64,000 nucleotides of DNA from Botryllus schlosseri (lineage: Eukaryota). Each line of letters begins with the position of its first letter. The first letter of the stretch is position 1. Shown here piece after piece: positions 24,882-36,530 of the stretch. The stretch spans positions 5,396,001 to 5,460,000 of the forward strand of contig CM119373.1 in assembly GCA_051294905.1 (NCBI GenBank), in the 5' to 3' direction. Position numbers and translations under genes: made by a program. The notes under the pieces are model-generated. The model worked only from the letters and a program-made list of their open reading frames with translations. It did not search any database and was not told the DNA's origin.

Positions 24882-26052
24882 CTTTAAAGCCTGAGACATC
24901 AATTCAAACAATTTGTTTCTTAATCTTCTCGGGGTAAATCACCTGGATTTGCCTAGTCAATATGCAGAATTTTTTGGCTCGAAATTCCAAGAAAAACCGC
25001 GTAACATATATATTATAAAGATATTTTATTTCAGGGGAAGGTCTGGCATATTGCGATGATATACCAAATATTCTCTTACGAGTGATGTTGCCTGAATACA
25101 ACTGTAAGGAATGGATGCTATTCATGAATAGCTCAATACGCAGATAAAGGAGTCGATAACTTCATAATGGCAATCAACCTGGCACATTCCATAGAACGCT
25201 CAGTTACCCTAAAATAGGAATACGAAAACAGCTAGCGTATGAACAGATAAAAATATGAGGAATATGGTTGGTCAATCGTTGTCGACTTCGAAATGATTGA
25301 CTTTTTACTTGGTCAACAATCTGGATACACAAAGTATCGCTGCCATATTCGCTATTGGGATTCAAGAGCCAAACAGCAACATCGGACTACAGAAATATGT
25401 GACACTCAAGAAATATTTTCACCCCATCACGGCCCCGACAATAAGTTATCATCCATGAGCAACTGCTATCACCAGAAAAGATCTTTCCTCAGCATTTGCA
25501 TATCAAACTTGGGCTTATCAAGTAATTGTTTGCGCTTACGCATTTCATTCGTTAATCTTGATTTAGTTATCATTTGTAATCAAGCCTTTTCGGGTAGGCT
25601 GTTTTTACCGCTATATAAAGCGTCTGCGAATCACGATTTGTTGGTTATTTACGTTAACGCAAAATTAATTGTAAATCTTACTCAACTTACTTCGGTCCCT
25701 TGCTTACGTTACTCTTGATTCTGTTACGTTCGTCGGCCGTATGTTGCTGTTGCTGCGCTAAGTGTCAGCTATCATCATCAAGTCGGGCGTGCTATTGTGT
25801 TATTAAAGTCATGGATCACGTGCACGAATTACAACGATTAGCATCCATAGATATGGATAGACAGGCTTCTGCGCCTATAATCGGCAGCGCAAGATTCAGA
25901 CTGCCGCGCAGAAACAATTTACAATTAATTTGCAATTTGCAATTTGCAATCAATTCGCCGGTGGAAGATTTCCGTCGAATGTTCTCTACATTGAAGAGGG
26001 TGTTGGACGAAGCGTGTCTTGGACGAAGCGGACGATTGCGGTGTTGCTACAG

Positions 26053-26580
26053 TCTATGTTCACCGGTTCTTAGGCGGAAAAGGATTGTGTCAACTTCGCG
26101 TCTTTCTGACGGAGGATATACGGACGAGGCTTCGAAGAGTGTCTTGTATTGCTGGGCAGAGTCTGAGGTGGAATAAATTTGTCTCCATTCTTCAATGTAT
26201 GTTGTGGACAATGCGGACTTTGCTTCGGCCGGGGTCATTGCCGGTTAAATGGACACCTTCATCGTCTCAATCTACACAGTACGGGACTATGCGACAGCTG
26301 TGGCTGCCAAGAAACGTTGTCCCATTCTTGTTACACTGCCCCCAATACGGGCACTACAGACGTAAACCAATAGAAGAGGCCGCATGCATCCATATTCCTT
26401 TCACTATTAAGGACATTTTATCCGAACCATTGCTAGATGCCGAAATCTACGAATTTGTCGGGAAAACCGGTCGCATATTATGAATGTGCCAAATGCTTAC
26501 ATCATCCTAGTCGTACTGTGTATAAAGCGTAAATCGCTACACACAAATATAATTATCTATCTATCTATCTATGTTCACCG
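26053..26580 (+). mobile_element. 5'-truncated, 5'-inverted LINE (ORF2 C-terminus with CCHC knuckle; I-group-like)
   Basis: TSD TCTATGTTCACCG at 26053-26065 and 26568-26580; minus segment ...EEWRQ...TILFRLRTG; plus segment GHCRLNGHLHRLNLHSTGLCDSCGCQET..HFLLHCPQY (one frameshift)...KTGRIL*; (TATC)n tail. Confidence 0.85.
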
Positions 26581-26650
26581 TCTCGCCAATCAAGAGCTCG
26601 GTTTCATTCCGCCAGTTCAGTCCGTATTCCGACAACGCGTTGATCTTGTC

Positions 26651-29461
26651 GGGTGCCTTTATTTTGTACATGCAAGCTAATGAAAAGCTAATGCAGCTAA
26701 TTAAGCTAAGGAAAAGCTAATTAAGCTAATGAAAGGCTAATTAAGCTAATGAAAAGCTAAGTAAGCTAATGAAAAGCTAATTAAGCTAATGAAAAAGTAA
26801 GCTAATGAAAAGTAAGCTAATGAAAAGCTAATGAAGCTAATTAAGCTAATGAAAAGCTAAGTAAGCTAATGAAAAGCTAATGAAAAGCTAAGTAAGCTAA
26901 TGAAAAAGTAAGCTAATGAAAAGCTAATTACGCTGATGAAAAAGTAAGCTAATGAAAAGTAAGCTAATGAAAAGCTAATTAAGCTAATGAAAAGCTAATG
27001 AAACCAGCGAATGTAAAAATGAAGCCAATGAAGCAAGGAAGTAAGTCCAGGTTAGTATTTTGCTCATATGATTCTGGATGTATCAAATCCGAAATTTTAA
27101 ATCCAAGTTTAGAATCTGGATATTCGATTCTCAATAGGGATTTTTGAATTATGATTGCAATAGTGCCAATTCAGACCTAACTGCACCCTGCAAACCGGAA
27201 GATTTGACGGCACCGACAGGTTTGTTTTGAGGTGTTCATGGTGTGTCTCGACTAATATGGTCATGGTCATGGTCATTTACACCAGGCAATTTTCTACATT
27301 TCTATTCCGTAGCGGCCGACTTGTACAACGGCTCGCATTCTTGGCTTTTATAAGACACCGCTTACACGGATGAAATGGCACCTAGGTAGGAATTCTGGAG
27401 TCGACCTCGGTCGGACTCGAACCCACAACCCATTGGTGTTGCAGCTGTGGATTATACCACTACGTTATCTCGGCACTACATACAGCCGTGATCTCTGACG
27501 AAGTTTTTCTGCCTACTCGGTGCTAAAGTGCCAGCACGTCTAACATGATAATGTGGCCGGTTATGTTTGCAAACTGAATTTGATAGCGTGAACGAACATG
27601 AACATCAACGACATTTCAAAGGGAGTTCATTTCTTGATGGTAATTAGTTAGGAAGGCAAGGAGGATTTGAAAACAGCATTGTCACACAAGCTCCAGCATG
27701 CCTGCTATCAATCAACGCATCATACAAAACTGGATTAACCCGTTTGGGCACGCGATATGTCTGGTAAACCGAATTCGCGTGGATATTGGTTGCGGGCTTG
27801 ACAGTAATTTTTATTTTACAAATAAACTTCACATCATGATCGACAGATTATAATTTAGATTATTGATCGTTTTCTTTAGAACTGAATCATTCTGCGCATA
27901 ATTTCAAAATTGGGAAGACTTCTTTTTCGTTACCTTTGCGAAACCTAAATGACGTACTAGTGAGACATCGGCACCATTGTCATCCTGAGCAATGAGTAAA
28001 CTAACGTTTAAAACGTCCGGATATGTACTACTTTGTAATTGCATATATTTGCTGCGCTGAATTGGGATATTCACGTATCATTTCTGCTTTATAATATTTC
28101 ACAGGGAGGGCAAGGTATAGCCTATCGACTAGCGAGTCGTAACGCATTGACGCTCGTGATCTTTTATTATAATATCCGACAAGAATAATGCTTAGCGCGG
28201 AATATACTTGACTAGTTCCGCTTTAGTTCGCTTGAATATATTCACAGCTCCGCAGCTGCAAAACGAATTGGTTGGGAGTTCGAATCAGGCCCAAGTCGGT
28301 TCCAGTATTCCTACCCAAGTGTTTCTGGTTTATGTAGGGTGTGGGCTTGTACTGCTCGTACGATCCGCGTAGACGGTGTCTTGCAAAGGCCCCGACCCAT
28401 ACTAGTCGGTGGATCAGGAACCGTAATAACGAATACCAGCCTGGTGTAAAATGACCAATGACCATCCCATAGTAATAGAAACACCATTAATACCAACCTA
28501 CTACGTTGGTGTGACCACTGATAAGTGTGACTAACTGTCTCTAACATTAATTTTGTAATGTAATTTTGTAATTTAATGTAGGGTCAATATATTTTGTAAA
28601 GAGAAAGCTACGTTTTCATTGGCACAATGTTCAACCCAAAATCGGCGATGTGTAGTGGTTCCAAATATAATAATTTTCATAGTCATTGGGAACGATAAAG
28701 TAGCAACATTTTCATAGTCGAAAATGAGTATATCACAAGTATTTTCAATAATATCGCGAGATAGTACTCGCAGCATAGTTTATTTATAAACGAGGCTGGC
28801 ATTGATGTCGGTTAATAATTATTATTTCAAAGATACCAATTCAGCGTCAATCAACAAACGCACACATTTCGCAATTGCAATCAGCGAAGTTTTTCGATGC
28901 GTGGTGTTCAATTAGCTTCCTTGTTACATTAGCTTCATTAGTTTTTCATTGCCTTGTTTCATTGGGTTTTCATTAGCTTTTGATTAGCTTACTTCTCATT
29001 ACCTTAATTAGCTTTTCATTAGCTTACTTAGCTTTTCATTAGCTTTTCATTAGATTACTTAGCTTTTCATTAGCTTTTCATTAGCTTACTTAGCTTTTCA
29101 TTAGCTTAATTAGCTTCATTAGCTTTTCATTAGCTTACTTTTCATTAGCTTACTTTTTCATTAGCTTAATTAGCTTTTCATTAGCTTACTTAGCTTTTCA
29201 TTAGCTTAATTAGCTTCATTAGCTTTTCATTAGCTTACTTTTCATTAGCTTACTTTTTCATTAGCTTGATTAGCTTTTCATTAGCTTTTCATTAGCTTAC
29301 TTAGCTTTTCATTAGCTTAATTAGCTTTTCATTAGCTTTTCATTAGCTTACTTAGCTTTTCATTAGCTTACTTAGCCTTTCATTAGCTTAATTAGCTTTT
29401 CCTTAGCTTAATTAGCTGCATTAGCTTTTCATTAGCTTGCATGTGCAAAATAAAGGCACCC
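26651..29461. mobile_element. Foldback-type DNA element (possibly Merlin-like) with long TIRs built of AAGCTAA-core tandem modules
   Basis: GGGTGCCTTTATTTTG...CAAAATAAAGGCACCC termini; 8-bp TSD ATCTTGTC (26643-26650, 29462-29469); arms ~26651-27035 and ~28910-29461 are inverted complements. Confidence 0.88.
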
Positions 29462-30110
29462 ATCTTGTCTACAGCATTCTCCGTTCGTCTGAAATTCGCA
29501 TCGATTGCATGGCTGCCACATTCAGAATCATCATCAAAGATGGCAGCGCAACTGCATGGAGAGTATATTCTTCTCTCTCCAGATGATATCACCTGGGACG
29601 ATATTCACTTAGTTGCTTGAGTCACAGTTGCCGACAGAGATGCACAAACGTTGGATGCGGAAGATTGAAACGGCCTCTTGGAGATGATCGAGAACTGCAC
29701 CTGACGATGAAGCGGATTGGCATTCAAGGCAGCAGAGGGTCGAGACGAAACAATTTCTTTGCAGATATTCATTCCTTTGCGCAGTCCGTTCAGTTTCGCC
29801 CTCGCTACCGTTCCCTCATGGTATTGACCCGCACCGTCCGTTAGACTTGTATCAGGCACCTCGCATCGAAAGGAGAATTCGGCTATTTGAAGAATTTCTA
29901 CCGAGCAATGCCGGAAATATTGGTATAATTCCGAAATATTCATTTCGAGCTATTGCACGTTGCGGGGACGCCTATAAGATTAGTTCGACTTCTCCAATGG
30001 TGACGAACTTCCAGATTGTTATACGATTCATACGACATCGAGAGTCATCATCACGCGCCCAAGTGAAGCTGTCCAAGTTGAACTGCGTTCGATTGTCTGC
30101 GCTCATTCAT

Positions 30111-30325
30111 AGTGATTTATTCTCGTCGCTTGTAGAGATGCTGAACGCCTCTGTACCAATTCAAAGTGATCTATTCTTATCACTTTGTTTAGAGTTGCTT
30201 AACGTTTCCCTATTATTCCAAATGATTTACTCTCCTCGCCTGTAGAGCTGTCGAACGCCACCCTACCATTTAAAACGTGATTCATTCCTGTCGGTTGTAG
30301 AGTTGGTGAACACCTTTCTGCTTTT
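30111..30325 (+). repeat. Four diverged ~55-bp tandem repeats upstream of the LTR polypurine tract
   Basis: Recurring TGAT-TATTC...TGTAGAG-TG-TGAAC unit. Confidence 0.7.
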
Positions 30326-33300
30326 AGGGTGATATATAGAACGTCTTTTGGATCGGAGTTTCAGTAGCTTCTAGTATATTGGTCATTGTACAATTTTACT
30401 TCGACAATGTGAATGGTGATTCGAGTAGTCGACTCATTTTGAACCTGTATTACATTGACAATTCTGTTGACTGGGATCAGTCAAATGGGGGAGTGTTTGC
30501 GCTTACGCATTTCATTTCTTAATCTTGATTTAGTCATCATTTGTAATCAAGCCTTTTCGGATAGGCTGTTCTTAACGCTATATAAAGCGTCTGCGAATCA
30601 CGATTTGTTGGTTATTTACGTTGGCGCAAAATTAATTGTAAATCTTACTTAACTTACTTTGGTCTCTTGCTTCCGTTACCCTTGATTCTGTTACGTTCGT
30701 CGGCCGTATGTTGCTGTTGTTGTGCTAACGCTAAGTGTCAGCTATCATAAGGTCGGGCGTGCTATTGTGTTATTAAAGTCATGGATCACGTGTATGAATT
30801 ACAACGATTAGCATCCGTAGATAACCCCATAGACAGATGCTTCTGCGCCTATAATCTGCGCCTATAATCGGCAGCGCAAGATTCAGACTGCCGCGCAGAA
30901 ACAGTAATATGTTATCTCTCTTCCTGGAGAATGCTTCAAGTACATGTGCTTTAACTTTGATGTTACCTGGCGTAGCTGAAGAAAATAAAAAGCTGAAATA
31001 TCCAATGGACCTCTAATTCGACTGTTGCTAAACACAAATTTTATATCATCTATGTATGTCTACAAAGGAAGCTACAGCTTTGAAAGATTAATTACGAAAG
31101 TCTGTTGAAATAGTTACTCACCAGCTTGTCAGCTCTGGGTTGCAATTTGATCATTTGGTTTCAATTTTTGCATAGCCATGTCGATAGATTACCAAAACCT
31201 CAGCAGTGTCAGTGAATAGCGGGTGGAGCGTTCCAGCCAGTACAATAAAAATAAGGGAGTGCGATACCAATAGTGATGGGACTGTAACATGATGACAGAC
31301 GTATTGCTGGAGTCTAGAAAAAGGTATTCCAGAAGCCTTATACTACTGAAAATCATTGAAGAGCAAATTTGTTGGCAATATCTTATAAATAATTTGATAT
31401 CTAATTCCGGTGGGTATATGGACATGACAAACCTACATGCCTATATTATATTTGGGAATTCGTCTAGTTTCTTACAAACTTCAAGATATGGCATGAATTA
31501 TGAAGTAATTGTGTAGTAGAATCTATGGTGTTTTTATATTTCTTGATCAAAAGTTTCAAATTTTTTCGCGATATGCCACATAACTCAAAATCTTGACGTG
31601 TTGGACAAAAAATAATTGCAGATTAGAAATCAGCAACCACAAATTATTCTAAATCATTTCGCAAAGTCATAACCGGAATTTTTGTGGTGACCAGTGATCT
31701 GATCAAATCGAAGTTTGGGGTCTCGACCATAAAAAGTTTCGGAACCCCTGTCCTATGGTAAACTCCTATGGCATCGCAAGTTATTCGTACCCATTGGAAC
31801 GAGAACTATATCATAGATGTGGAGGGATAGGAGCTCTTTCGATTTGTGGGTGTTGTCAACATTCAACGAAAATCGGGCTACATAATTGTGCGCGGGTCCC
31901 ATTGTTGAATTTGAATTGATCACCATCTCGCTATAACCACCGCACTGCATCGAAGGCTTTATTGGTAGTTGTATATTGTCGAATGGGCGTCTATAATGTT
32001 ACTGACCTACAAGAATCTCAGTTATCTGATTTGTAGACCTGGTTAATGATCTCTCGACTCAAGAATGGAACTCGCGGAAACGACTTTCGATTGATCGCGC
32101 GAATTATATGTAAAATTTTAATATGTTGCCATAAAACCGCGCATAGTTCAACGTTGATGAGCATGAATGGCGCCAGAGCACCACTCGACTAATTAACTCT
32201 ATACCACCAGGTTGTTATAACAACAATCAGTTACAGGCTCTGGCTTATACCGACTGGTTCAGGCCCGGTGAACGCATCCCGAATTTACCGCTGCGACTGG
32301 CAATACGGGGGCGTTAATTGTACTGAGTTTTGTTTTATTGCCTTCTGTGACCAGTAAATCAACATAGATAGTGATAGAGATCTTTGATCATATTGAGTTT
32401 AGTACTGCACCTTGATTTTGCATTTAACATGCATGTATTCCAAACAAAGCAGCCCATATTATATAACGTTCATGTGATGTAGCGGGTGACAGCACTAAAC
32501 AGTAGGATCACCCTCTATGATACTACGAAGAACTATTCAGATAATTTAATTTTGTAGCTCTCTAATACAAATATATTTAGTTGATCATTTTGACTAAAAA
32601 GCTTCAAGGGATCTTTAATGTAGAAAGGGCTCTCACTCTCAAAAGTGATACAGTGCCTCTTTTTTCTATTTCTACACGCTGTGCGCTGCGGGATAAAATA
32701 CCTAGTTCGAAACATTTTGCAGAAAATAGCCCGAGGTAGCGTGACGGGAGTATATTAACGGAGAATTTGGGGTCTAAAAGTACGAACAATTAGTTTCACA
32801 TTAATTGAAATAAACCAATGCAATCATGGAAACACACTCTAAATCCGCAAGGTCGTATTGAACACTTCATAACACTTTATTCTGCGTACAGACACACTTT
32901 TTGGGCATATAAACGCATTGGGCCATTATCGTCGCAACGCTTCTGCATATTTCTCCGTTTATATGTAACACTTCGCCAATGCGGCTTACTTTCAAGAAAA
33001 TTTATACTTGATAATTTATCATCAATTTCGCATTCATAAACTATCGGTACGTTTGGGGATCACATAGAATCATGGTATATGTAAAATAATATTGAACTTT
33101 AAAATTAAAATTGAACTGACCAAACCACTAAGTTTAAGGGTAATATTTCAATAAAATATACATATTTCCCTGTGACGCAGAGGGGTCACCACCTTCGTTA
33201 CGGTAGAGCGCGCTCGATTTCAGTTTGGAATTTGAATAGGCCTTTTGCAGGACTTCGATCACGTGACTAGATACGCATAGCAATCACAAATTGGTTAGCA

Positions 33301-34562
33301 AGCTACTTTCTCGCGCACCTGCTTCAGTGCTAAATATCGCATAGCATACTGTTGATTTCTGGTTGTAAACGCTTTTTTGCCTGCAACTTATCAACTTCAT
33401 TGAGTCTAATGTTTAGTGCGTCGCCTTATTTCGACTAAATGCGTGCAGCGCGAAAAATTTATATAATTGGTGTTTGAATCGGCCAATACAATCGGGAATT
33501 GCATATATTTTGCTATCAATTTCTTATCCCCTCTCTGCTCACGTAATCAGATTTACCGGTAGAGCTGAGTTAGGTGTGTTGAAAAAGGTAAGACCTCTAA
33601 ATAAGAATTGAACATCTTCGGGCGGACCCGTTGGTATATTGACTTCGATACATTATGCTATTTCGTGACCTCCTATATCTGTTATGTCAAAAGATATGGA
33701 AATCGCCAAAACTAAAAGGCACACACGATTTCAAAGTGGTATTGCTTTACTGGCAATTAATTTTTCCCTGTGGGATGGCATTTGTCCTGTGGGGTTCAGA
33801 TCACCAGGGCAGCAACATTTGGCGCCAGCAATTTAGCCAATTAAACATATATGTATATTGTATATATATATCGAAGTTTTGGGTCACCACAAGGGCATTC
33901 CTTCTAGGCCAAGGTCTTCTCGCTGCTAATCGTTCCGGAACACTTCTCAGAATTGGACCTTTAACTTCATATGCCTTGGTGCGTCGTGGCGCAGTAATGG
34001 CTGACGCCGAAGTCTCCGTTCCTATAAATTTTACGTATTTTCGTGGGTGAAGGATACCTAATAATCAGATATTCGGTAATATTAAATCGCGCAGCCAGCG
34101 CAGAAAAAATTTGAAAAAGTGGCATAACTTAAAAAAAAATATTAATTTATGTTAATTCACGAAATCATTTTGGGCCCCTTCGGGCTCGTCACCGCGTTTG
34201 GGGTGCGGCAGTTACGGTCCTGTTCCCCACTACCCAGCAGTTTTGTCATCACAGGGCAGCTATTTGCTGGTTTGACTACACAAGACACACAACCACACAA
34301 GTACGCAAGACAATCGCCCATAACTGCAACATGAAACGTATTGTGAGCCGATACCCGTACAGCTCAAAATTTCGCGAAAGCGTTATTTCACGTCAAACTA
34401 GTCGTGCTGGATGCGTTTGTGACGCATTGTTTGGCCATCCAGAGTTTAAAATCAGGTTTTGTGAACAACACACGCAATATAATTTTCGATACATACATTC
34501 CTGAGCAGTTAACTGGTTACGGTAATTGCGCATGGGTCTCCGTGAATATGTAGACTGTCCTG

Positions 34563-35226
34563 TAGCGCTCTTCAAAAATGACTTTTTTTCTCAAATCGTA
34601 CTGGCTACTTGATAAAATTGTTAGGTTACCTAATTTAAGCCTACACACAAAATTTGGATCAATTCCAGCCAGTAACCGCTTTGCTACGGGAGAAGAAAGT
34701 TTCTATTTAATATATAAAAATAAATATTAAAAAATTGGAAAATTTTCTGTTCACCCAATGAAAGTGTTAGGCTGTCTATAGAAACGATGCTCACCAAATT
34801 TGGTTAAATTCCAACCACTGGAACCGGAGTTATTGCCGTCGAAAAATTTCGATTTGAATAAAATAGTATTTACGGTGAGCACAATTATAATAAATAAACA
34901 AAGAATCGGTCACCGTAAATACTATTTTATTCAAATTCCAAATTTTTCGACGGCAATAACTCCGCTTCCACTGGTTGGAATTGAACCAAATTTGGTGTGC
35001 ATCGTTTCTACAGACAGCCTAACACTTTCATGGGGTGAACAGAAAATTTTCAAATTTTTTATTATCTATTTTTATATAATAAATAGCAACTTTCTTCTCC
35101 TGTAGCAAAGCGGTTACTGGCTGGAATTGAATCAAATTTTGTGTGTAGGCTTAAATTAGGTAACCTAACAATTTTATCAAGTAGCCAGTGCGATTTGAGA
35201 AAAAAAGTCATTTTTGAAGAGCCCTA
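34563..35226. mobile_element. Near-perfect palindromic hAT-type MITE
   Basis: ~330-bp arms are inverted complements (TAGCGCTCTTCAAAAATGAC...GTCATTTTTGAAGAGCCCTA); exact TSD CTGTCCTG. Confidence 0.9.
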
Positions 35227-35268
35227 CTGTCCTGTATATAGTTTTGGACAAATGCGTCTATTCCCCAC

Positions 35269-36530
35269 CAGAGATGGGCGGATTCCAGATTTTGGGAATC
35301 CGTATCCGTCCTGATCCGACAGTCAAATAGGATTTCGGAGTCCGACAGTTGAGCAACAAAATTACGATCCGAAAAAATCCTGCTATTGCTTTAGTGCTAT
35401 TTCACATTAAATATAGCCTGCAAAATAGATATGAACATTATAATCAACAAATTATTATTAAGTAATGCCTAACAAGGGTTTATCTATATTACATTTCAAA
35501 TCAATAATGTTAGGTACGGTATATATCTTGAATATAAATGTAAGTAATAGGATCTAGGCCGGGGAAATGAGCTCAAAAGACTGTGAGAACAGAGAACGCA
35601 ATATTAGTTGCTTTACGGAGAGGGTAAACAATAAACATAGTAACCCAGGCATGCCATGATGCCAACAACAAAATCAGATATTGTGCATTGTGACTCGGCC
35701 AAGACCACTAGGCCCATAGTACTACTGAAGAATGGAACTAAATTTTCACAAGAAATGGCATAGTCACATAACAGTCATGTATCAAACAAAATGGATGAAT
35801 CAATCGAAATGATCACTAGAGCAGCAATGAATAGGAAATATTATCAGCATGATGATGTGCACAACCAATCAGAGAGTACCGGTGGTACTTCAGTTCTAGT
35901 GTGTTTCCGAAATCATAAACATGATCAATTGACCATGCCAGCATATATTCATACATTACTACACCACACATTCATTCCAAATGACATCAGAAATCAGAAC
36001 CACCAATTACTTCTGCAACAACACCTCGCTTTTCTGTCATCCTGACAACTGATATCAAGTACCCTAATGGCTGATGAACATGAAGGATAAGAATGAATAT
36101 CTGATGAACAACTGAATTCGAAAACAAACACTTCCACAGCTCGCTTGCTGGAACCTGCCTTTGTCCTCATCTCATCCAGCAGTAATCACATCACTGCAGA
36201 AACTTTACTTGCCGTATGTTGCTTACGCATTTCAACGACGTGACCGGTATCAGAGGTTTCAACGTTGTCATTTATTGTCGGAACCAGCCTGGGCTTGATC
36301 CGTAGCAATGAATGCATTTAACTACGGAAATATCATCGAAGCAGCTATTTTCAGTGAATATAAAATATCTTGAACCTTTATCACCCAATATTATTTTGTT
36401 ATGAATATCAAATCCTGTTTAAATCCGGTTCATATGGCAGTTTCAGAATCCGGCTCCGATCCGGCCACAGCAAAATTCATCAAAATCCTGCTCCGGCTCC
36501 GGCTCCTGAACCGGACTGCGGCCATCTCTG
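35269..36530. mobile_element. hAT non-autonomous element with ATCCG subterminal motifs
   Basis: CAGAGATGG...CCATCTCTG; exact TSD TTCCCCAC. Confidence 0.85.

Larger units (their letters stand above)
25527..30903 (+). mobile_element. Non-autonomous LTR retroelement (LTRs 25527-25916 and 30494-30903)
   Basis: Two ~0.4-kb direct repeats with TG...CA ends; 5-bp TSD GTAAT at 25522-25526 and 30904-30908; purine tract GGGGGAG just before the 3' LTR; TATATAAA in LTR; no recognisable gag/pol. Confidence 0.9.
22637..31696 (+). mobile_element. Decayed, formerly autonomous Chapaev3-like transposon split by three nested insertions
   Basis: tta|CACTGG start, CCAGTG end (right TSD not preserved); collinear + strand transposase fragments QDRMWVSHNVCRTC/HDFYFCLVNVTG (~23590-23760), AYCDDIP...EWMLFMNSS, DFLLGQQSGYTKYRC...WDSRA, HIKLGLIK (25040-25525), GECFKY and FLHSHVD...MMTD-YCWSL (30925-31320). 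Confidence 0.8.

Noticed and set aside
25293..25718. 141-aa ORF as an intact protein
   Set aside because: Chimeric: decayed Chapaev3 transposase reading into the LTR
25700..26483. ORFs 25700-26176 and 26019-26483 as gag or host genes
   Set aside because: They run across LTR, inverted LINE and frameshifted LINE segments; only the last ~50 aa of the second is LINE ORF2
26672..29440. AAGCTAATGAA arrays as CRISPR or telomeric repeats
   Set aside because: No unique spacers and no cas genes; the arrays are the two inverted arms of a TSD-flanked element
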